This document shows positions 53,283 through 60,743 of a stretch of DNA of 64,000 nucleotides, piece after piece. The notes beneath the pieces are model-generated. The model saw nothing but the letters and a program-made list of their open reading frames with translations, was not told where the DNA came from and did not search any database. Made by a program: the position numbers and the translations under genes. This DNA comes from a virus (lineage: Duplodnaviria > Caudoviricetes): positions 183 to 64,182 of the IMG/VR virus record IMGVR_UViG_3300047625_000012; one strand, given 5' to 3'. Each line of letters opens with the position of its first letter. Positions within the stretch are counted from its first letter, which is position 1.

Positions 53283-53578
53283 TACAGTCCCTCCGATCCC
53301 CATGACTCATCCTCACCGTTGGTGATGCACCACTCCTGCGGTTCGAGCCTGCCATCGTAGACGAGGCTGATATACGGCGCGAAAGGGTGCTCCTGCGTGG
53401 TAGCGCCGATGGTCTTCAACAGCCTTGCTGCCCAGGGGTGCAGACGCTCACCGACATACAACACATAGGAACGTGAAGGACGCATACGCAGCGCGCATTC
53501 CTCCAGTGAGGTGACCGACAGGGTGCACGTCGTCGGCAACCGCGAATAAAGCCTGAGTTCCTGCGCCTTCGTTGTCAC
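53282..53578 (-). CDS. Capsid A-domain-like protein (paralog of 48542-48949)
   Basis: LSVTSLEE...LLKT...P...RL...W.I vs MCP LSQTSLEQ...LLKS...NP...RL...WFI. Confidence 0.6.
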   Translation of the reverse strand: MTTKAQELRLYSRLPTTCTLSVTSLEECALRMRPSRSYVLYVGERLHPWAARLLKTIGATTQEHPFAPYISLVYDGRLEPQEWCITNGEDESWGSEGL

Positions 53579-53904
53579 AGTCCTTCAACCTCCGGGTGCA
53601 GGAAGTGCTGGATGGTTGCAGGATAATCGAGCAGCCGCTGCAACCTGCGATCATACGTGATGTGCTCAGACGGGTAGATCCGCACCGAGCCGCGGGTGCC
53701 TTCGAAGTGCAGCGCATCCGGGGTGACCCGCGCGTTGTGATCGCGCTCCCGGTCCAGACTCTGCCCCAGGAAAGCCAGCACGTCCTGTTTCATGGAAGGG
53801 TACGGCACGATGACGATCGCGACTTCACCGTTACGGGCTACGCGCAGTGCGTGTTGCAACCGGGCTTTGAACAGGTCGCGGCTGCGTTCGTGGTGCTCGC
53901 TCAT
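53575..53904 (-). CDS. Hypothetical protein, possibly a degenerate terminase-ATPase subdomain
   Basis: AR.......G....VIVP ... RL pattern weakly resembles TerL; no Walker A. Confidence 0.55.
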   Translation of the reverse strand: MSEHHERSRDLFKARLQHALRVARNGEVAIVIVPYPSMKQDVLAFLGQSLDRERDHNARVTPDALHFEGTRGSVRIYPSEHITYDRRLQRLLDYPATIQHFLHPEVEGL

Positions 53905-54206
53905 GGCGACACCTTCAGCCGCTCATAGTTGAGTGCGGCTTCCCAGGCGTTCAGGATCAACCGGGCGTTGATGACCCAGCGTCTCTCAACCTCACCTTCC
54001 CCGCGCCCGCTTGCCCGGGTCATAAACCCGAAGAGCTGCTCTGCAATCTGCTGTGAGGTTACTTTGTACGCGTCCGGTTGCCAGCCACGGTAAGGGAAAG
54101 ACAGCAGAACGATCTTGCGCCCTTCACTGTCGACGGCCATCGAAGCAGCCATCAGTGCCGCTTCAAACTCCGCTTCCGCACAACGTAACGCTCTGGAGTC
54201 AGTCAT
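53901..54206 (-). CDS. Hypothetical protein with short MCP-like segment
   Basis: EAALMAASMAVDSEGRKIVL vs MCP EQMLIQVRNAVDNNGKRIRL. Confidence 0.55.
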   Translation of the reverse strand: MTDSRALRCAEAEFEAALMAASMAVDSEGRKIVLLSFPYRGWQPDAYKVTSQQIAEQLFGFMTRASGRGEGEVERRWVINARLILNAWEAALNYERLKVSP

Positions 54207-54640
54207 TCGCCGTCATCCTTGTTGAACTGCGGGTGCTTGAGCTTCATGTGCGCCGCAAGTTGTTTGAACGTGCGGTGACAGCACGGGCATACACCGTGTC
54301 TGATCCGGTTGCGCAATCGGGTGTTGACGCCCTTGCGCGCGGTAAGTCTCCGCTCGGTGTGCTCACGGGCTTTGCGTTCCGCGGCAGCATTCTCCCGGGC
54401 GAAGTCCAGTGCGCGTTGGCGCGCGGCCAGCTCCTTATCCTTGATCTCCAGCTGTCTTTGGAGCTTCTGAGCTTCGGTCTCCCCGTAGCTCTGTCTATGG
54501 CCGTTCGGGCAATGAAACGTAGTCCCGTCACGCAGCCACATGGCCCGGGATTGACTGTCGACCGCGAACACGATGCCGCCCTGGCAACATGCGAGCGTCT
54601 CGAACGTCTGATTGAGGTTGATGCAATGAACAACACTCAT
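54203..54640 (-). CDS. Zn-finger / coiled-coil / C2H2-finger protein
   Basis: FHCPNGH; coiled coil; CPCC.R.F..L..HM..KH. Confidence 0.75.
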   Translation of the reverse strand: MSVVHCINLNQTFETLACCQGGIVFAVDSQSRAMWLRDGTTFHCPNGHRQSYGETEAQKLQRQLEIKDKELAARQRALDFARENAAAERKAREHTERRLTARKGVNTRLRNRIRHGVCPCCHRTFKQLAAHMKLKHPQFNKDDGE

Positions 54641-54819
54641 GACAGCCTCGTGGGCATCCCGTCCCGCACCCACGGGGTCGACAGGGGCGTAATGATGTAC
54701 AGCGGAAACACGCTGTGTGTTTCAGGCGTGCGAATCCAACAGCGGTGGTGCGCGTTGTAACGGTAGCGCGGCTTGACCCCCATGGGCCATACGTTGCGCG
54801 AAAGACGCGGCAGGGTCAC
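54637..54819 (-). CDS. Hypothetical protein
   Basis: 4-bp overlaps on both sides. Confidence 0.45.
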   Translation of the reverse strand: MTLPRLSRNVWPMGVKPRYRYNAHHRCWIRTPETHSVFPLYIITPLSTPWVRDGMPTRLS

Positions 54820-55010
54820 AACGCGCTCCGGGTGAGCAGCTGGTCAATCTGGTGCGGTGTCAGCTCACCGAAACCAACCAGGATCTCGTGCTGGATCTCA
54901 CTCGCACAGACGCGGTCCATGTCGCGGTGCGCGTCCTCCAGCCACTGCAGCAGCCCGGACAGCTCGCGCGAGGGTTCCGGATACGGAATGGTTTCGATGC
55001 GCTCGGTCAT
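54816..55010 (-). CDS. Small protein with portal-like segment
   Basis: IPYPEPSRELSGLLQW vs portal 446-461 VPFNPPSTMLYQLLGW. Confidence 0.6.
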   Translation of the reverse strand: MTERIETIPYPEPSRELSGLLQWLEDAHRDMDRVCASEIQHEILVGFGELTPHQIDQLLTRSAL

Positions 55011-55219
55011 GTGCTCTCGTCCACGGTCGGCACATCGCGCCACTCAACCGGGCGATCGAACGACATGCCCGGCTCGGACCGGAAATGCTCTTCCCAACGC
55101 TGCTGTAGTACCCACACGGTCGGACCTCTCCCGCTACCCGGGTCCTGCGAGTCATCCGTGCGGATCAACCAACGCAGTTGAGCCGTACACACCCACCAGC
55201 TGCGCTCATCGTCACTCAT
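55007..55219 (-). CDS. Hypothetical protein
   Basis: LRW...VLQQ.W...EWRDVP conserved phage motif. Confidence 0.7.
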   Translation of the reverse strand: MSDDERSWWVCTAQLRWLIRTDDSQDPGSGRGPTVWVLQQRWEEHFRSEPGMSFDRPVEWRDVPTVDEST

Positions 55220-55842
55220 CGTTCCCGCGGCTCCTCGGTTCGTCCTGACGGTTTCGTCTTGCCGTCAGCCTTTGGAGAAACTAACTTTACGATCGAATCA
55301 ATCAGCGCGTTGCGCTCCTCCACCTTGACGGCCAGGCCGTCAGGCGTGCGCAGGTCAACTTCACTGCGTTCACCGTAGACCGCACGCAGCACCTTCTGCG
55401 CCATCCATTTGCGCGACTCAACACGCAGCCTGGAGCGCTCGAAGTGCTCGCGGTCAAACACCCGCAGGACGCCTTTCTTCGTCACCCGGTTGACGTAGTC
55501 ATTGGTCGCGTTGTCCGCGATCGTGACGATGTCGCCGACCATGTGCTCGCAGCAGCTCTCCCACGCGATCCGGAAGCGTTTCTCGAAGTCCTCGTTCTGT
55601 CGTCGCCAGCGCCCCAGCACGCGCCAGGTGGGCATGCCCGGGTCATCACGGCAGATCTGCGTAGGAGGCTCCCCGTCTGCTACCCGGTCGAGCAACGCCT
55701 CAGCTACGTCTTTCGAGAACGTGCGCGGGCGTACGGCGGGCGGCGGTTCGGGCGCCTTCGGGCGATCTACCTTGCGGAGCTTGCGGACAACACGTTTCGG
55801 ACCTCGTCTGCGCTTTTTCGTGATCTTGCGTGCGGGAGCCAA
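55216..55842 (-). CDS. terS: Terminase small subunit (Sf6/P22-like)
   Basis: F....A..L...VADGE....ICRD..MP....W; IAD; RSRLRVESRKW...YG; TTG start. Confidence 0.85.
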   Translation of the reverse strand: MAPARKITKKRRRGPKRVVRKLRKVDRPKAPEPPPAVRPRTFSKDVAEALLDRVADGEPPTQICRDDPGMPTWRVLGRWRRQNEDFEKRFRIAWESCCEHMVGDIVTIADNATNDYVNRVTKKGVLRVFDREHFERSRLRVESRKWMAQKVLRAVYGERSEVDLRTPDGLAVKVEERNALIDSIVKLVSPKADGKTKPSGRTEEPRER

Positions 55843-56222
55843 TACGCGCCCCTACGGTTAAACGTCGCGGAAGGTACCACGGTCAAGCTGAGGTGTAAAG
55901 GCGGGGCGCGGGTTCCGCTTGCCCGGATACCGGGTGCGCCTGCCCGCACGGTTCACGCAGGCTGCAGTCACGTTCACCGCATTGCCGCGTATAGCCCCTT
56001 CAAACAAAGCAAGGAGGTTTTCCGGACCCCCAGGCAAACCGGGCCGTAACTTTGTCCAACGCCACGGCTCGGGCGATACGGCCTTCCTTCGATCGAATAC
56101 GCATCAGGAGAGGATCAGGTTGTCCAGCGTCCCGATCCTGATACACGGGCAGACCAGCCGCTGGCGCCGGTAGCCGAGCCGTGCCCCGCGTCAGTTCGCG
56201 GGTCTCCCCCGATACATACTCG

Positions 56223-56305
56223 AAAAAGGGCGGCACTCTCCCCGACTGAGCTAATCAGGCAGCGTTGCGCCTGATGTTGGATTTGAACCAGCGACCTCCC
56301 GCCTG
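56223..56305 (-). ncRNA. Circularly permuted tRNA-like RNA (T-arm, closed acceptor stem, D-arm; no anticodon loop)
   Basis: AGGCGG-GAGGTC-GCTGG-TTCAAAT-CCAAC-ATCAGGC-GCAACGCT-GCCTGAT-TA-GCTC-AGTCGGGGA-GAGT-G-CCGCC-CTTTTT. Confidence 0.8.
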
Positions 56306-56311
56306 AGCGTG

Positions 56312-56340
56312 ATCCTAATTCAGGTCCGGTTGTCTTTCAA
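56312..56340 (-). promoter_or_regulatory. Sigma70-type promoter for the tRNA-like RNA and/or late leader
   Basis: TTGAAA (56340-56335) -N17- TAGGAT (56317-56312); predicted +1 at about 56304-56305. Confidence 0.65.
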
Positions 56341-56547
56341 CTGCCGGCACCATTTGCGGAAGCGTTCCGACTGGCGCGGGTCAGGCCCCATGGTGTAGCG
56401 CTGATACCCGGCGCGTTTCAACACCCTGGCCCAGCCGTCCGCGAGCGGCCCGTCGACGCACACGACATAGGGCGAGTTTGACAGTGACACGCCGTTGACC
56501 TCGATGAGGACGCCGGGAGTATGGATGAAAGTACGGTGAGCGGGCAT
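56320..56547 (-). CDS. Hypothetical protein
   Basis: AGGAGG RBS before ATG56547. Confidence 0.65.
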   Translation of the reverse strand: MPAHRTFIHTPGVLIEVNGVSLSNSPYVVCVDGPLADGWARVLKRAGYQRYTMGPDPRQSERFRKWCRQLKDNRT

Positions 56548-56548
56548 A

Positions 56549-56833
56549 TCAGCGCCTCCTGTAAGGGTCGAAGTAGTCCGACAGGATACTGACATTGCCT
56601 GACGGCAGAGGCGTAGCGCTATTTAGCGAATTATGTGCCGCCCATGCGTCGCATTGCTGGCGGTAGGTCATCGGCGCCCCCTTCGCCCGCAGAAATCCCT
56701 GCCGCATCTCCCACCAGGTGCGCTCTTTATTGCCCCGGGCATCCTGGAATACCGCACCGGACATCCTGCGCCCGATCCAGGCATCGAGCAGCGCCCGGTT
56801 GGTCTGTGACAATTCGGTATCAATGTATTTCAT
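56549..56833 (-). CDS. Hypothetical protein
   Basis: ATGA overlap, GGAG RBS. Confidence 0.55.
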   Translation of the reverse strand: MKYIDTELSQTNRALLDAWIGRRMSGAVFQDARGNKERTWWEMRQGFLRAKGAPMTYRQQCDAWAAHNSLNSATPLPSGNVSILSDYFDPYRRR

Positions 56834-57204
56834 GGCTGCTTCTCCGGAGACCCGTCGATCGCTTTATCCAACAGTTCGCCGCTGTAGGTCTGCACCCCGA
56901 CATTCACGGTGAATGTGTCGACCACACAGAGCTGCGTATCGGTCCAGTGCATCGCACGCAGTTTGCGGTAGCGTTCCGCATCTTTTCTCAGCCGCTTGAA
57001 CTCGTTCATGCCGTCCGTGGCGGTAACGGTGGAGAACAGCTCATTGAGCTTCTCTTCGAGACAGCGCTCCAGTGTATCGAGTCGATCGTCCAGGGTTATT
57101 TCCGGCATGTCAGTTACCTTCAGTTGATAAGAATCCCCGAAAAGCTGCGTTCTCAGGTACCAGTCCACCACGTCTGCTTTACCACTCATGTTGGGTTTCT
57201 CCAC
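56830..57204 (-). CDS. Hypothetical protein (Ead/Ea22-like LRKDAERYR motif)
   Basis: RLRKDAERYRKLR...LDKAID. Confidence 0.65.
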   Translation of the reverse strand: MEKPNMSGKADVVDWYLRTQLFGDSYQLKVTDMPEITLDDRLDTLERCLEEKLNELFSTVTATDGMNEFKRLRKDAERYRKLRAMHWTDTQLCVVDTFTVNVGVQTYSGELLDKAIDGSPEKQP

Positions 57205-57265
57205 TTACGCTACAGTGTGTATCTGTTGGTATATCGTAGTGCGATGTATTGTACGTATACACTGA

Positions 57266-57484
57266 CTAATCGATGACTGCGATGTTTATACCCGTCGTCC
57301 GGGCAAAATCAGACAAGCACTCATTGCGCCACTTACGGTACCCCACCAGAAATGCCTTCGCCTGCTCCGGGGTGAACTGCGGAGTGCGCGGTGACCACTC
57401 CAGAGTCATCCCACTCATGCTGACGCGCAATGTAGCTCGGTAACCGCCGGCAAATTCTGCGCTGTATTCGTGTAAATCGCTCAT
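57266..57484 (-). CDS. Hypothetical protein
   Basis: GAGGA RBS. Confidence 0.65.
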   Translation of the reverse strand: MSDLHEYSAEFAGGYRATLRVSMSGMTLEWSPRTPQFTPEQAKAFLVGYRKWRNECLSDFARTTGINIAVID

Positions 57485-57518
57485 TTTCGTCCTCTCTGCA
57501 ATTTTGCACTCTCAGGGT

Positions 57519-57672
57519 CGCGCGCACGCGCGTACATATGGGACTACATATACATATACATACATATCACTACACATTAGGGGTTGTATAGAGGAATGTG
57601 TAGTGATGTGTAGTGGGGGGTATATAGGGACCCAATGTAGGCTTGTGTAGTAATATGTAGCGATGTGTAGTC
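57519..57672. repeat. Putative replication origin: decamer repeats WTRTGTAGYV
   Basis: ATGTGTAGTG x2 (57596-57615), TTGTGTAGTA-ATATGTAGCG-ATGTGTAGTC (57643-57672), inverted copies at 57542 and 57568, TACATA run; non-coding, directly after primase-helicase. Confidence 0.65.
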
Positions 57673-59668
57673 ATGTCAACCGCCGCAGTTTCCGCTTAGC
57701 GTTAAAGGTGTTCATTTTCTCCAGCATGATGCCGCCGGTACGCCCTTTGCGCGTCAGAATCCTGTACCCGTTCCATTGAGTACGTCCCTCTTTCATCATC
57801 TTCGCAATCGACTTGCGCACGCTGACATGATGTTTGCCCATCGACTTCGCCAGGTCATGCGCCGAAACGAATTCCCCCAACCCGACATCTCCCTCCTCGA
57901 TCCACTCCTTGAGTTCGGTAAGCAGCTCCTGTTCCGCCAGCGTCTGTTGCATCTGGAAATACACCCCCTCATTGATGAACCGTACCCCTGACCGGTTCAG
58001 AATCAACAGTACATCCTCTTCCACATCCCGCCCCCGCACCCCGAACAGCCTGCGGTGCTCATTCGGGTCAAGCCGGTCCGCATCGGGCAGGTCACCCAGC
58101 ACGATCGAGCCGGATACCCCTGCAAGGGCGGTGTTGGTACGATTGATGATCTCGTGAACATCGAAGCTCTCTCCGACCTTCGCCTTGTTCTTGGAGGCAT
58201 GGTTGGATAACAGAATCGCACACCCGTGACGCAGCGCTATCTGATCAAACTTTGAAGTCTGCTCGTAATCCACCACCGTGAGCCGGCTGGAGCGCTGCTC
58301 CGGGAGCTGCTTCGTTTTCCAGACAAACCGTGTTACCTCTTCTGTATCCAGCACAACGATCTTGTACCGCGGGTTGGCCGTGAGGTACGCATCCAGAAAA
58401 GCCGGGAAGTCTCCCTGGTCTGCATGTTTCTGCGCCAGTTCCAGAAAACGCTCACGGTTCAACGTGTGGATCGATGCAGGCATATCCCCGTACTCATCGG
58501 CGCGATTCTTCAAGCGCGCGTCATCATCCTCCGCGAACACCGCAAGAATCTTCTCATCCTCACCCAACCGCGTCTCGAAGTTGAGAAACCGCTTGCCGCG
58601 ACCCAGCTGGATCAGCAGCTGCAGCAGCAACCAGCTTTTACCGACCTTGGGGCGGCCCACTACGAGCCATGCGCCGGGATACAACCACTCCCCCACCCAG
58701 CAGGTTTTCGCCTTCAAACGCTTCTTCTGGATCTTCGCCAGCGGCTCGAAGGTGAGCCCCTCGAAAGAATCGGGGTTGAAACCCGCGGGCTTTTTTTCCC
58801 CCTCATCCGTCTTCAGGTGCGCTTTCTTGCGTGCGATATACAGCACCTTGTGTTTGCCATCCGTCTCCTGATACGGGGGTACACAGTGCTCCAGGTCATA
58901 CTTCAGCAGGGCCGCCCCTAACTCCTGAGTCGACATCCCCATGCGATGGTAGTAATACGCCCGCCGCGCAAGGGCTGCATTACGTTCCCCGTCCCGGAAC
59001 CTGCGCTCATCCCGGCTGTCAGACGGCTCGGTATCCCGGTTGAGTCTGTGCGCGCCCGGTTTGGTGGGAGACGCACACTTTCTCTCAAGCCACCCGGGCA
59101 GCTCCCCCGGACTGCCCACCGGGTGCGCCCCGTGTGCGGCCCACCAGATGATGTAGCCCCCCTCACCGCGCACGTCGACCCCGGGAGCGACCACACCGGC
59201 ACTGTTGCCGATCGCCTGCCCGTTCATGCGGTACAGGAGGTGCTTGCCGCGTCGGGTCTGATGCGTCCGGTGGACGCCCAGGCGTTCACGGTGCTCCCGG
59301 TACCAATCCACCCCTTCCGGGTCCACGTCAATGACTACCAGGCCGCTGGCTGAGCCCGTAGGCACCCCGATCAGGGCTTCCGGGTACCTGCGCCACCACC
59401 TGGCCACCCGGGACGGCTCCCGGGACGCCTCCTTGAACCCGTGCTTCGTAAGCGGCCGCTTACTGACCCCGTCACAGGGGAATACGGGGTAGTCCTGAGC
59501 GACCCGCAGCGCGTTGCGCTGGGCCGCCGTCAGCTCCTCCCCGTTGACATCGAAACGATCGTGTGATTGACGCCCTACCCGTTCATCGGATATTTTTCGC
59601 ATGTTCGCTCGCGTTCGTGTCAGACCCAGGGAACCCCGCTGTGGTAGTCGCTCACCGCAGTGGGTCAT
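57671..59668 (-). CDS. Bifunctional primase-polymerase (Prim-Pol) fused to AAA_25/RepA-like helicase
   Basis: PVFPC...KRPL..HGF..AS, IGVPTG..SGLVVIDVD, GKHLLY, DVRGEGGYI; GERN; Walker A GRPKVGKS, VVLDT; start may be ATG59602. Confidence 0.9.
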   Translation of the reverse strand: MTHCGERLPQRGSLGLTRTRANMRKISDERVGRQSHDRFDVNGEELTAAQRNALRVAQDYPVFPCDGVSKRPLTKHGFKEASREPSRVARWWRRYPEALIGVPTGSASGLVVIDVDPEGVDWYREHRERLGVHRTHQTRRGKHLLYRMNGQAIGNSAGVVAPGVDVRGEGGYIIWWAAHGAHPVGSPGELPGWLERKCASPTKPGAHRLNRDTEPSDSRDERRFRDGERNAALARRAYYYHRMGMSTQELGAALLKYDLEHCVPPYQETDGKHKVLYIARKKAHLKTDEGEKKPAGFNPDSFEGLTFEPLAKIQKKRLKAKTCWVGEWLYPGAWLVVGRPKVGKSWLLLQLLIQLGRGKRFLNFETRLGEDEKILAVFAEDDDARLKNRADEYGDMPASIHTLNRERFLELAQKHADQGDFPAFLDAYLTANPRYKIVVLDTEEVTRFVWKTKQLPEQRSSRLTVVDYEQTSKFDQIALRHGCAILLSNHASKNKAKVGESFDVHEIINRTNTALAGVSGSIVLGDLPDADRLDPNEHRRLFGVRGRDVEEDVLLILNRSGVRFINEGVYFQMQQTLAEQELLTELKEWIEEGDVGLGEFVSAHDLAKSMGKHHVSVRKSIAKMMKEGRTQWNGYRILTRKGRTGGIMLEKMNTFNAKRKLRRLT

Positions 59669-59722
59669 CCCTTCATGAAACTGTAAAACCGGCCCGACGC
59701 TACGCCTGAGTCCGGGAACCGG

Positions 59723-60316
59723 TCAAGACAGACCTCCCCACTGGTCCGCCATCGCAGCCGCCACCCCGGGCAGGAACCGCGCGCGTGTTTTCCAGCGGTC
59801 TTTCCCCGGAGCGGCGAAGTGCACCCGCGGGACGCGGCCGCTGACAACCCGTGTTGGAACCAGCGCCGGCAGATTCTTCAGCTGCAGTGAGATGCACTTG
59901 GTTTCCCCGTGCCCGAACATCCACGGCTGGACCTTCTGGTCAGGCTTTCCGCACAGCTCCAGGGCGTACGGGTGCATCTCGCTGTTCTCAAGGGCGATGC
60001 GCGGGATGTCGGCGGCTTTCAAACTGTTATAAAACGCAGCCGCCTCGCGCATCCGGCGCCATCTCAACGGCGCGATCCCGTTGGCAAGGCGCCCGTCCCT
60101 GTACAGCCAGCGCAGTCCGGCCTTGTTGAGATACGTGCACGGCGGATGCCCGATCATCAGGTCCCAGCCACTGGCGAGGTAACGCAGCACGTCTCCGCGG
60201 ATGTGCGGGGCGCCGGCTTCACACGGTAACAGGTCGCAGCTCCAGGCATCATGCCCGCGGGCACGGAATGCGTCTCTCACCACGCCTGAGAATTCACACG
60301 CAACGAGCACTCTCAT
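59723..60316 (-). CDS. DNA cytosine-C5 methyltransferase-like protein (short phage type)
   Basis: MRVLVACEFSG, SCDL, GDV, DLMIGHPPCTYL, ALEN, QPWMFGH. Confidence 0.8.
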   Translation of the reverse strand: MRVLVACEFSGVVRDAFRARGHDAWSCDLLPCEAGAPHIRGDVLRYLASGWDLMIGHPPCTYLNKAGLRWLYRDGRLANGIAPLRWRRMREAAAFYNSLKAADIPRIALENSEMHPYALELCGKPDQKVQPWMFGHGETKCISLQLKNLPALVPTRVVSGRVPRVHFAAPGKDRWKTRARFLPGVAAAMADQWGGLS

Positions 60317-60483
60317 TTCAACTGCGGTTTCACGCGCAACGGGGAGTCCGCACCCAGCATGTGGACACGGCACCAGATGCACCCCTCCCGGTCACACCGC
60401 ACGGGCCAGAAGCATCGGACAGGGATGGCCGGTGCGATCGGTTTCAGCTCCGGGCATCTGCGCCTGACAAGCCGGGCCGTCAT
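60313..60483 (-). CDS. 56-aa hypothetical protein
   Basis: ATGA overlaps on both sides. Confidence 0.4.
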   Translation of the reverse strand: MTARLVRRRCPELKPIAPAIPVRCFWPVRCDREGCIWCRVHMLGADSPLRVKPQLK

Positions 60484-60743
60484 TTGAGCCGGATCACTTT
60501 CCGCTGCCGGGCAGCGTTGCGCAGCTCCTCCGTGAGAGCCTGCCGGCCCCGGACGACCGCTTCCGTCACGGCATTGTCGAGGTGTGAGACCAGCACCTGG
60601 AAACACAGACGTGTCATGTTGTTTTTGTCACAGAATGCCGCAATCGACTTCACGGCTTCCGAATACTTCGGCCGCTCCGGATCGAGGCGTTCCGTGACGT
60701 GCGGGGAGTGGCCGTTGCCGCGTCGGACGAGTCTGACGGTCAT
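60480..60743 (-). CDS. Hypothetical protein
   Basis: ATGA overlap chain. Confidence 0.6.
   Translation of the reverse strand: MTVRLVRRGNGHSPHVTERLDPERPKYSEAVKSIAAFCDKNNMTRLCFQVLVSHLDNAVTEAVVRGRQALTEELRNAARQRKVIRLK

Noticed and set aside
56000-56236. 78-aa ORF on the - strand
   Set aside because: GTG start lies inside the tRNA-like D-arm/stem with no properly spaced SD; the region is better explained as structured RNA
56223-56305. Ordinary tRNA gene, attP remnant or two-piece tmRNA
   Set aside because: Halves are in reverse order with no anticodon loop or CCA; no integrase seen; a full D-stem is present and no tag reading frame was found, unlike tmRNA
56211-56314. Extended Ro60-binding Y-RNA stem (GATCACGCTC with GAGTATGTATC)
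   Set aside because: The 5' strand overlaps the predicted -10 box and lies upstream of +1, pairing is weak, and no Ro60/TROVE gene is in the window; retained only as an alternative
57542-57672. Short repeats as a CRISPR array
   Set aside because: Repeats are 10 bp, abutting or inverted, with no unique 30-40 bp spacers
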